Positions 29,487 to 37,746 of a DNA stretch of 45,506 nucleotides are shown here, in pieces. Positions within the stretch are counted from its first letter, which is position 1. Every line of letters begins with the position of its first letter. Position numbers and translations under genes: made by a program. The stretch covers positions 1 to 45,506 of the forward strand of contig JAVHPR010000218.1 of assembly GCA_036170695.1 (NCBI GenBank). The letters are read 5' to 3'. The notes below the pieces were generated by a model that was given only the letters and a program-made list of their open reading frames with translations, had not been told where the DNA came from and made no database searches. This DNA is from Bacteroidia bacterium. GTDB lineage: Bacteria; Bacteroidota; Bacteroidia; 2-12-FULL-35-15.

Positions 29487-30056
29487 TCAATTATTCAGCA
29501 AGTCAAAAATAGTTTTCGGGAAAAAGTCATATTCCAATTGATGAATTTTGTGCGCTAGCATTTCAGGAGTATCTGATGGCTCAATCGAGCAAAAGTGTTG
29601 CGCAATTAATTGGCCTTCATCATATTCTTCATTTACAAAATGGATACTGATTCCGCTTTGTTTTTCTTTCGCTTCCACAACAGCTTTATGCACGTTCATT
29701 CCGTACATCCCCTTTCCACCATATTTCGGTAATAAGGCAGGATGAATATTGATGATTTTGTCGGGGAATCTTTTAATCAGATTTTCAGGAATCTTCCATA
29801 AAAAACCCGCAAGTACTATTAAATCAATTTTTGCAGATAATAATTGTTCTTCGGTTTCAGAACTGTTGTAAAATGAATTGCGGTCAACAAGGAGGGTGGG
29901 AATACCCGCTTCTTTTGCGCGATTCAGCACATTTGCTTTTGGATTATTTGAAATTACCAATGCAACTTTTATCCCAACATCAGGTGATCTAAAGTTTTCA
30001 ATAATGTTTTGAGTATTGCTGCCTTCTCCGGAAGCAAAAATTGCTATGTTTTTCAT
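29487..30056 (-). CDS. purN: Phosphoribosylglycinamide formyltransferase
   Basis: IAIFASGEGSN, IINIHPALLPKYGG and ISIHFVNEEYDEGQ motifs. Confidence 0.9.
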   Translation of the reverse strand: MKNIAIFASGEGSNTQNIIENFRSPDVGIKVALVISNNPKANVLNRAKEAGIPTLLVDRNSFYNSSETEEQLLSAKIDLIVLAGFLWKIPENLIKRFPDKIINIHPALLPKYGGKGMYGMNVHKAVVEAKEKQSGISIHFVNEEYDEGQLIAQHFCSIEPSDTPEMLAHKIHQLEYDFFPKTIFDLLNN

Positions 30057-30079
30057 TGGGTATAATCAACATTTTTTTA

Positions 30080-30087
30080 CAAATCTA
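30080..30087 (-). promoter_or_regulatory. -7 promoter box (TAnnTTTG) of purN
   Basis: The plus strand reads caaatcta, which is TAGATTTG on the minus strand, 24 nt upstream of ATG 30056. Confidence 0.4.
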
Positions 30088-30239
30088 CGAATTCCCGACA
30101 GATGTAATATTATTGATATAATTCCAGTCTTCCCTTTTTATGTTTATTTTTAGACTTGCGCCTTAAATTTATAATCAACTGATATACAGGTCTGTAAATG
30201 TTAAAAAAATATAAAAATGGGCATTTTTAAATTATTTTT

Positions 30240-30269
30240 TTTGTTATTGTACACATAACTATATCTTTG
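30240..30269 (+). promoter_or_regulatory. Bacteroidota sigma-A type promoter (-33 TTTG / -7 TAnnTTTG) of acpP-fabF
   Basis: TTTG at 30240-30243 and TATCTTTG at 30262-30269, with 18-nt spacing, 32 nt upstream of acpP. Confidence 0.5.
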
Positions 30270-30300
30270 CACCCTAATTAACCTTAAAACGTTTAAAAAA

Positions 30301-30537
30301 ATGTCAGAAATTGCAACAAAAGTAAAGGCTATTATCGTTGATAAATTAGGTGTTGACGAAAAAGAAGTAACGCCTACAGCTAGCTTTACAAATGATTTGG
30401 GAGCAGACTCATTAGATACTGTAGAATTGATTATGGAGTTTGAAAAAGAATTTAATATTGCTATCCCTGACGATCAAGCTGAGAAAATTGCTACCGTTGG
30501 TGATGCTATTTCCTACATTGAGGCAAATACAAAATAA
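30301..30537 (+). CDS. acpP: Acyl carrier protein
   Basis: 78 aa, with [16 protein letters not shown] containing the phosphopantetheine Ser. Confidence 0.95.
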   Translation: MSEIATKVKAIIVDKLGVDEKEVTPTASFTNDLGADSLDTVELIMEFEKEFNIAIPDDQAEKIATVGDAISYIEANTK

Positions 30538-30557
30538 TTCCTGAAACGACTTATTGT

Positions 30558-31814
30558 ATGAATTTAAGACGAGTAGTAGTTACTGGACTTGGTGCTATTA
30601 CACCGCTTGGTAATAATGTTACAGATTACTGGAACAACCTCACAGCTGGTGTTAGCGGAGCAGTACCTATTACCCGTTTTGATGCTTCTAAATTCAAAAC
30701 ACGATTTGCCTGCGAAGTAAAAGGCTTTAGTGTGGAAGAATATTTGGATCGCAAAGAGGCCCGTAAAATGGATCCTTTTTCTCAATTTGGCGTTTGTTCG
30801 GCCATACAAGCTGTTCGTGATGCCGGGTTAGATGGAGCAAATGCCTTTGATCCGGATAGAGCGGGGGTTATCTGGGGCACAGGAATTGGTGGTTTACAGA
30901 CATTCCAGGAAGAGTGTTTGAATTTTGCCAAAGGTGACGGAACTCCTCGTTTCAATCCTTTTTTTATTCCTAAAATGATTGCCGATATTTGTTCGGGACA
31001 TATTTCCATCATGTTTGGCATGCGTGGACCCAATTTTACTACCGTCTCTGCCTGTGCTTCCTCTACCAATTCTATCATTGACGCTGCCGTTTATATTAAA
31101 TTAGGTAAAGCTGATATTATTGTCGCAGGAGGTTCCGAAGCGGCTATTTGTGAAGCCGGTGTAGGTGGCTTTAATGCATTACACGCACTTTCTACCCGAA
31201 ACGACTCTCCGGAAACAGCTTCCCGTCCTTTTGATGTGGATCGTGATGGTTTTGTGCTTGGAGAAGGCGCAGGATGTTTAATACTGGAAGAACTGGAACA
31301 CGCTTTAAAACGTGGAGCCAAAATATACGCAGAAGTTGCAGGTGGAGGTTTGACTGCTGATGCAAACCATATTACAGCACCACATCCTGAAGGTTTCGGC
31401 GCCATAAATGTAATGCGTAACGTTTTGCAGGATGCAGGTATGATACCTGAGCAGATTGATTATGTCAATGTTCATGGTACTTCTACACCTCTTGGCGATG
31501 TGGCTGAAACAATTGCCATACTTAAGGTTTTTGGAGAACATGCTTACAAACTAAATATAAGCTCAACAAAATCAATGACAGGGCATTTATTGGGTGCTGC
31601 CGGTGCTATTGAAGCAATCGCCTGTGTGCTTGCAGTAAAAAATGATATCGTGCCTCCTACTATCAATCACTTTACCGATGATCCTGCTTTAGACAGCAAA
31701 CTTAACTTTACATTCCACAAAGCACAAAAACGTGTTGTTAATGCTGCATTAAGTAATACTTTCGGATTTGGCGGACATAATGCGTCTGTTATTGTTAAGA
31801 AGTATCAGGTATAA
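30558..31814 (+). CDS. fabF: 3-oxoacyl-ACP synthase II
   Basis: Active-site SACASS, HGTSTPLGD, GHLLGAAG, and the C-terminal FGFGGHNAS. Confidence 0.93.
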   Translation: MNLRRVVVTGLGAITPLGNNVTDYWNNLTAGVSGAVPITRFDASKFKTRFACEVKGFSVEEYLDRKEARKMDPFSQFGVCSAIQAVRDAGLDGANAFDPDRAGVIWGTGIGGLQTFQEECLNFAKGDGTPRFNPFFIPKMIADICSGHISIMFGMRGPNFTTVSACASSTNSIIDAAVYIKLGKADIIVAGGSEAAICEAGVGGFNALHALSTRNDSPETASRPFDVDRDGFVLGEGAGCLILEELEHALKRGAKIYAEVAGGGLTADANHITAPHPEGFGAINVMRNVLQDAGMIPEQIDYVNVHGTSTPLGDVAETIAILKVFGEHAYKLNISSTKSMTGHLLGAAGAIEAIACVLAVKNDIVPPTINHFTDDPALDSKLNFTFHKAQKRVVNAALSNTFGFGGHNASVIVKKYQV

Positions 31815-31961
31815 AGTATCAGGTATCAGGTATCAGGTATCAGGTATAAAGTATAAAGTATCGGGAAAGTATCGGTATAAATTATCAGGTATCAGGATGT
31901 TATTTGGGTCTTGATACTTACTACTTGATACTTGATACTTACAACTTGATACTTACTACTT
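31801..31961. repeat. Heptad-array inverted repeat filling the fabF-rnc gap
   Basis: The left arm (31801-31896) is an array of aagtatc/aggtatc/aagtata units. The right arm (31910-31961) is an array of the complementary cttgata/cttacta units. The spacer is 13 nt. Confidence 0.9.
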
Positions 31962-31962
31962 A

Positions 31963-32679
31963 ATGAAACCTTTAAGAGTCTACCTTTCCCCCGACAAAAT
32001 ACTTTACGAATCACTGTTTAGAATACTTGGTTTTTACCCGGGTAATATAGCGTTATATAAATTAGCTTTCCGTCACAGTTCAGCTGCGCAGCTGATTAAA
32101 GTAGGAGTAAAAGATAGCAATGAACGTCTTGAATTTCTCGGTGATTCAATAATCGGAAGCGTAGTGGCAGATTACCTTTTCAAAAAATTTCCTTTCAAAG
32201 ATGAAGGCTTTTTAACCAAGATGCGTTCAAAAATGGTGAGCAGGGCTAAACACAATCATATTGCTATCCATTTAGGATTAAATAAGTTTATTGAAGTCGA
32301 TAACGGACGTTTTAAATCTTCTCAGCCGAGCTCCATCAGTGGTGATGCATATGAAGCATTAATCGGGGCTATTTATCTGGATAAAGGGTATAAAGCAGCT
32401 CAGATTTTTATTCTTAAACGTATCATTAATGTTCACATTGATATGGATGAAGTGGAAACTAAAGAAATAGATTTCAAGAGTAAATTTATTGAATGGGTCC
32501 AAAAAGAAAAAAAAGATTTTCGTTTTGAGGTCGTTAATGAGGCCGGAACGGCATCAGATAAACAATTCGTTATTCAGCTTATAGTCGAAAATGAAATAGT
32601 TGGCACCGCCCAGCATTTCTCTAAAAAGCGTGCCGAACAAATGGTTTCGGAACAGGCGTGTATTATTTTGGAAATTTGA
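31963..32679 (+). CDS. rnc: Ribonuclease III
   Basis: RNase III signature NERLEFLGDS, a second acidic cluster SGDAYEALIGAIYLD, and a C-terminal dsRBD (KSKFIEWVQKE...). Confidence 0.9.
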   Translation: MKPLRVYLSPDKILYESLFRILGFYPGNIALYKLAFRHSSAAQLIKVGVKDSNERLEFLGDSIIGSVVADYLFKKFPFKDEGFLTKMRSKMVSRAKHNHIAIHLGLNKFIEVDNGRFKSSQPSSISGDAYEALIGAIYLDKGYKAAQIFILKRIINVHIDMDEVETKEIDFKSKFIEWVQKEKKDFRFEVVNEAGTASDKQFVIQLIVENEIVGTAQHFSKKRAEQMVSEQACIILEI

Positions 32680-32788
32680 TAATGCGTCTTCCTCTTCTTT
32701 GTCTGTAAACGTCAAGAGCTTTGTGGTGAAAAAAAATTTTTTGAATTTTCACCGTAGTCCAGCGTCTCCCACCAGATTTGAATTTTCC

Positions 32789-33013
32789 TTACTAACCTGA
32801 GTTCGATTATTAATTTGGGCTAAAGCTCAATAAATACGGGCAAATTCAATTTAATTGTATTTCTGCGTTAGGGATTGAAGCGAAAATCCTTTTCTTTTTA
32901 GAAAAGATTGAAGCGTAAAGCCCGACCCTTTCTTTTTTAAGAAAGGGAAACGCCCAAATAATAGTGCTTTTGACAAATTAATTTTATTTTATAAATCGAA
33001 CTCAGGTTACTAA
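32789..33013. repeat. 225-bp element with 20-bp terminal inverted repeats
   Basis: ttactaacctgagttcgatt (32789-32808) / aatcgaactcaggttactaa (32994-33013), 19/20 complementary. The interior holds two gattgaagcg units and short hairpins (ccctttc-ttttttaa-gaaaggg). Confidence 0.6.
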
Positions 33014-33041
33014 ATTCAGAAAAATTAATGTCGAAAATAAA

Positions 33042-36000
33042 TTAATAAACAATCACCTTTTTAATGGTTTCCATTCCGGCATTGCTTAAACTTATCAAAT
33101 ACATTCCTTTCCCATATTTTGTAAGATCCATTTGCTTTGCATAGGTTCCATTAAAATCTATTAAAGTTTCTTCATACACCAAGGCTCCCAACGCATTTAT
33201 AAACTCAAGTGTATAGTTTGCTTTTTTAGTCACATCAAATGAAATAGTAAAGTTTCCATCATTCGGGTTCGGGTAAATGGTGAAGAAATTGTTATTGTTT
33301 ATTTGCCCGATACCTGTGTTAGTAACTGTAACAACACCGGAAGGACAAGCATTTCCGGCAACCAGAACATTATAGTCTCCGTTTTGAGTAGGAGTGTATG
33401 TTTGACTGGTGGCGCCTATTACTGGTTGACCAAACCAATACCATTGGTAAGAGGAGGATGAACTGCATGTTAATACAGATCCTGATTGTGTAATAGCAGG
33501 TGTTGGATTTACAGTAATAGTGTATGATGAAGGTGTTCCAACACAAGCTCCATTAATAGTAGGTGTTACCGTTATGGTAGCAGTGATGGCAGAACTTGTT
33601 GAGTTAACTGCAGTGAAAGCAGGTACATTTCCCGTTCCACTTGCTGCTAAACCAATTGCCGTATTTGAGTTCGTCCAGGTATAGGATGCGCCGGATGGGG
33701 TGCTTGAAAAACTGCTTGCACCAATATCCCCTCCACACACGTTTTTATCCGCAATATAATTTATGGTAGGTGCAGGAGTTACAGCAATCGTTATTCCTGC
33801 ACTTGAAACCGTTGTAGGGTTTGCACAGGCTTCGTTAGATGTTACTAAACATGTTATCACCTGACCATCAGTTAACGTTGAGGATGTATAAGTTGCACCT
33901 CCTGTTCCCACATTCCCCCCATTTATTTTCCATTGGTAAACAGGGGTAGTCCCTCCATTGGTTGGTGTAGCGGTGAATGTTAGTGGAAGTCCTCCGCAGG
34001 TTGGATTTGATCCTGATGTCAAAGCCACTAAAACAGAAGGCGTATTAGCGCTGTTCGTTGTTATTATTATAGCCGTGGAAGTTGCTGTTGTTGGGCTTGC
34101 GCAACTTAAGTTGGAAGTCATCACACAGGTAACGGATTGTCCGTTTGTTAGTGAAGAGGTGATAAATGTTGCACTATTTGTTCCAATATTAGAGCCGTCC
34201 ACTTTCCATTGATAAACTGGTGTTGATCCACCACCGCTTGGTGTAGCGGTGAATGTTATTGATGCTCCTGCGCAGGTAGGGTTAGATCCGGATGTAACTG
34301 CAATAGATACGGATGGAGCTACAGATCCGGTTAATGTTATCGTAATTGCTGTTGAGGTTGCTGTTGTCGGACTTGCACAACCCAGGTTGGAAGTCATCAC
34401 ACAGGTTACTATCTGTCCGGTTGTTAGTGTTGAAGTGGTATAGGTTGTACTGTTTGTTCCAACGGGTGTTCCATCTACATTCCATTGGTATGCAGGTGTT
34501 GTCCCTCCATTAGTTGGCACTGCTGTAAATGTCAGTGATTGACCTGCGCACGTCGGGTTTGAACCTGATGTAATAGAAGTGCTTACCACAGGGACAATAC
34601 CACTGGTTGATGTTATTGTTATTGCAGTTGATGTATCTGTTGCCGGACTAGCACAACTTAAGGTGGAGGTCATCACACAGGTAACAACTTGTCCGTTTGT
34701 TAAAGTGGAGGTGGTAAACGTTGTACTGTTGGTTCCAACGGGTGAGCCATCTACTTTCCATTGGTAGCTTGGTGTTGTGCCTCCATTGGTTGGTACTGCC
34801 GTGAATGATAGAGATTGCCCCGTACAGGTTGGATTCGTACCTGTTGTAATAGAAGTAACTACCGCCGGAACAACGCTGCCTGCTGATGTTATTGTTATTG
34901 CAGTAGATGTTGCTGTTGTGGGGCTTGCACAACTCAGGTTAGAGGTCATCACACAGGTAACTACCTGCCCGTTCGTTAATGTAGAAGACGTAAATGTTGC
35001 ACTGTTTGTTCCCACAGCTGATCCGTCAACTTTCCATTGGTAGGCAGGTGTTGTCCCTCCATTGGTTGGTACAGCTGTGAAGGTCAATGATTGCCCCGTG
35101 CAAGTTGGATTTGAACCAGAGGTAATAGATGTCGTTACAACAGGAGCAACATTGCCGACAGTAATATAATTGGTTTTTGTTTCTGTGTTAGGTCCTATGC
35201 CATTTGTTGCAACCAAAGTAATACCATAGGTTCCCGGCGTATTATAACAAATGTTGGTTGGGTTTTGAAGAGTCGAAGAAGTGGTTGCTGCTCCTGTGAA
35301 AGTCCAGGCCCATGAAGTTGGAGAGTTGGTGCTTTGGTCTGTGAGACTTATGCATTGCCCAACACAAACAATGGTATCGCTTGCCAGGAAATTTGCATTG
35401 GGAGCACTCGAAACAACTCCTGTAATATTAATATCATCAATATAGATGTCATTCCCAACGTGATTGGTACTTTCAAACTTGACAATAATATTGCTGCCAA
35501 CAAAAGAGGTTAAAGAAACTGTTTCTGTTCGCCAGTCTCCGGCAATGGTAGGAGTAAACTCTGTTGCAGTTGATCCGGAAGTGGCAAGAACGGTGCCTCC
35601 TTTTACATAAACCGGTGCACCATAACTTACACCGCAATTTGTAGAAACATACACTCTTAAGGTATCATAATTAGCAGGATTCTGGTAATTCTTATAGGCC
35701 ACCTTAAAGGTCATGGATGGGCTGCTGACACCAACTAAACTTACCGGTTTACTGATGAGATTATCCTTTTCTCCTCCGGTTGATGCATAATTAAAATTAG
35801 TATAATAATTAGTTATAAATGCACAGCCGGTACTTGCGCCGTTCCCTGCAGCTGATGTATTTCTATACCATGTAATAATATCATTCGGTGGTGGGCTTTG
35901 TGTTACCGACCAACCTAAAGGAGGGAATGTTGTATTTTCAAAATCTTCTATGAAAGGCAAGGTAGCGCCTCCTACAATTACATAATTTGTTTTTGTAATT

Positions 36001-37535
36001 GTATTGTTTCCGTTGGCATTGGTCGTCGTGAGCTTTACGCTATATGTTCCGGCAGTGGAATAAGTATGCGTCGGGTTTTGAGTTGTATAATCGGTAGTGC
36101 CATTATTGTCAATATCCCAGGCCCATGAAAGAGGCAAACCAAGGCTCAGATCAGTAAAATTAACTATTTGAGGGGCAGAACAGCTGATCACAGGAGATGC
36201 GCTAAAATCAGCGGTTGGAAGGTTGGCGCAAGCCGTTAAACAGGATGCTGCATTATACTGAGTCCTGATATAATTACCTGGTAATGATCCAAAACCATTG
36301 GTAAGTAATATGCCAACGCTGGAAAGATGACAATAACTCATAATGGTTCCCCCATTTGTAGGAGTTGGTCCTGGAGAACACGGCCCATCATCAACAGCTA
36401 CACAGTTGTCTATAGGCCCACCCGGCCATCCACACCAATGCGTATGGTGAGAGCCGAAATTATGACCTAATTCATGAGTAACAACCTCTGATGTCCAGCA
36501 ATAATTTGGGTATGGATCATATGTGTTGTCAATATTGCTCATTCCATAAGCATTTGCAGGAGTACACAATATATCCAGATAAGCCAATCCCCCAACACCA
36601 ATATTTCTGGTGGTTAGTAGATGTGCTACTGTACCATTAAATGTGGTTCGTGTAGTTTGAAAATTGTTGAGCAAATCTGTCGAAGTCGTATAAGAAACGT
36701 AGGGATCAGTTGTTGACCACACATATATTTCCGATATTTCTGTATTTATGATTTCAACATTATATAGTGCCTCCACAACATTAAACATTCCCGTAACGTA
36801 ATTCCCTACATTTATTACACTTCCCTTATCAAGGAACATTTGATAATCACATTCAAAATATACTTTAATACATTGATTGCTTAATAATTGACCTGGATCT
36901 CCGTTGCCGGATAAGGTTTTAGGCATCTCGTCCACACCACATTTAAAATCACGGGCGTACAACACATCGCTGTCTTTATATAAAATGTAAATATTTTTAT
37001 TGACATTGGATTTATCATTCCATACCCCTAATACATAATTTGCGTTGTTGTATGAAAATACCGCCATTATTGAACTTTCGAACATGCTGAATGCTACTAA
37101 TGAAGGACTTACCCCTGGAACAGTTCCCTGATAATATAATCCGGGAGTATAATTTACTTTTTCATTATTACCGGTGATAATAGAGAAATTGTCGGTTAAT
37201 ATTTGTACGTCATGTAGTGCAAAAGTCACTTCATTGTTTGCAGAAACAGGGATTGTTAAATTCAACAAAGAAGATTTTGTTTTATTAATTCGTGTTAGTT
37301 CATTATAGTTGATTTCAAGAAAAACCGCGTCGCGGATATCCTTTTTTACATCCGGTGTATAAGAAAGCGGAAGTCTGTTAAAAAGTTGTTTGCTTTCATT
37401 TTCTTCACTGGAAGGGGCACTTTTAAGCTGCCGGCTTTGACTTTTATTTGCCAGTTGATTAATTGAATTTTGTCCCCATGTGATTGTTCCTAAAAGGATA
37501 CAAGCAGTCAATACGAGTATTACTAATGGTTTCAT
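33042..37535 (-). CDS. Giant secreted reprolysin-like (M12B-type) zinc metalloprotease with PKD domains, five tandem Ig-like repeats and a type A T9SS C-terminal domain
   Basis: Signal peptide; VVTHELGHNFGSHHTHWC (HExxHxxGxxH); PKD cores (SWAWDIDNNGT..., SWAWTFTG...); a FEDFE..FPPLGW choice-of-anchor-J-like module; C-terminal FFTIYPNPNDGNFTISF...GMYLISLSNAGMETIKKVIVY. Confidence 0.85.
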   Translation of the reverse strand: MKPLVILVLTACILLGTITWGQNSINQLANKSQSRQLKSAPSSEENESKQLFNRLPLSYTPDVKKDIRDAVFLEINYNELTRINKTKSSLLNLTIPVSANNEVTFALHDVQILTDNFSIITGNNEKVNYTPGLYYQGTVPGVSPSLVAFSMFESSIMAVFSYNNANYVLGVWNDKSNVNKNIYILYKDSDVLYARDFKCGVDEMPKTLSGNGDPGQLLSNQCIKVYFECDYQMFLDKGSVINVGNYVTGMFNVVEALYNVEIINTEISEIYVWSTTDPYVSYTTSTDLLNNFQTTRTTFNGTVAHLLTTRNIGVGGLAYLDILCTPANAYGMSNIDNTYDPYPNYCWTSEVVTHELGHNFGSHHTHWCGWPGGPIDNCVAVDDGPCSPGPTPTNGGTIMSYCHLSSVGILLTNGFGSLPGNYIRTQYNAASCLTACANLPTADFSASPVISCSAPQIVNFTDLSLGLPLSWAWDIDNNGTTDYTTQNPTHTYSTAGTYSVKLTTTNANGNNTITKTNYVIVGGATLPFIEDFENTTFPPLGWSVTQSPPPNDIITWYRNTSAAGNGASTGCAFITNYYTNFNYASTGGEKDNLISKPVSLVGVSSPSMTFKVAYKNYQNPANYDTLRVYVSTNCGVSYGAPVYVKGGTVLATSGSTATEFTPTIAGDWRTETVSLTSFVGSNIIVKFESTNHVGNDIYIDDINITGVVSSAPNANFLASDTIVCVGQCISLTDQSTNSPTSWAWTFTGAATTSSTLQNPTNICYNTPGTYGITLVATNGIGPNTETKTNYITVGNVAPVVTTSITSGSNPTCTGQSLTFTAVPTNGGTTPAYQWKVDGSAVGTNSATFTSSTLTNGQVVTCVMTSNLSCASPTTATSTAITITSAGSVVPAVVTSITTGTNPTCTGQSLSFTAVPTNGGTTPSYQWKVDGSPVGTNSTTFTTSTLTNGQVVTCVMTSTLSCASPATDTSTAITITSTSGIVPVVSTSITSGSNPTCAGQSLTFTAVPTNGGTTPAYQWNVDGTPVGTNSTTYTTSTLTTGQIVTCVMTSNLGCASPTTATSTAITITLTGSVAPSVSIAVTSGSNPTCAGASITFTATPSGGGSTPVYQWKVDGSNIGTNSATFITSSLTNGQSVTCVMTSNLSCASPTTATSTAIIITTNSANTPSVLVALTSGSNPTCGGLPLTFTATPTNGGTTPVYQWKINGGNVGTGGATYTSSTLTDGQVITCLVTSNEACANPTTVSSAGITIAVTPAPTINYIADKNVCGGDIGASSFSSTPSGASYTWTNSNTAIGLAASGTGNVPAFTAVNSTSSAITATITVTPTINGACVGTPSSYTITVNPTPAITQSGSVLTCSSSSSYQWYWFGQPVIGATSQTYTPTQNGDYNVLVAGNACPSGVVTVTNTGIGQINNNNFFTIYPNPNDGNFTISFDVTKKANYTLEFINALGALVYEETLIDFNGTYAKQMDLTKYGKGMYLISLSNAGMETIKKVIVY
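33771..35150 (-). repeat. Five tandem 276-nt (92-codon) coding repeats
   Basis: The YQW(K/N)(V/I)(D/N)G landmark recurs at about 33932, 34206, 34482, 34758 and 35033. The repeat unit is ...TSGSNPTC.GQSLTFTAVPTNGGTTPAYQWKVDG..VGTNS.T.T.STLTNGQVVTCVMTSNLSCASPTTATSTAITIT... Confidence 0.85.
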
Positions 37536-37537
37536 AG

Positions 37538-37605
37538 CTTAGACGACATTAGTCTTATGGAATACATTGTATTCAATAGCATAAATAAAATATATGTCGT
37601 CTAAG
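37538..37605 (-). promoter_or_regulatory. Structured 5' leader abutting the start codon of the reprolysin-like gene
   Basis: Perfect 12-bp stem cttagacgacat (37538-37549) / atgtcgtctaag (37594-37605), with a nested 6-bp hairpin gaatac-att-gtattc (37560-37574). The stem ends 2 nt from ATG 37535. Confidence 0.4.
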
Positions 37606-37746
37606 TTATGCATTTATTAGTATGTTTTTCATTGTGTAAGTGTTATTGTTTTTCAGTTTTTACTTTTTTATAAATTATTTCATTCGTAGAAAATCCGGAG
37701 AATTCTCTGAATCGATCTGCTAATAAATCTTTTGAATTTACATATT

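Noticed and set aside
31801-31961. Possible CRISPR-like or microsatellite array (gtatcag-type repeats)
   Set aside because: The units are 7 nt with no spacers, and the two halves are mutually inverted. This is a periodic hairpin, not a CRISPR array. No cas genes are in the window.
33958-35043. Series of plus-strand ORFs (33958-34212, 34249-34443, 34579-34767, 34777-35043) with similar sequences
   Set aside because: They are periodic only because they are antisense to the five 276-nt tandem repeats of the minus-strand reprolysin-like gene.
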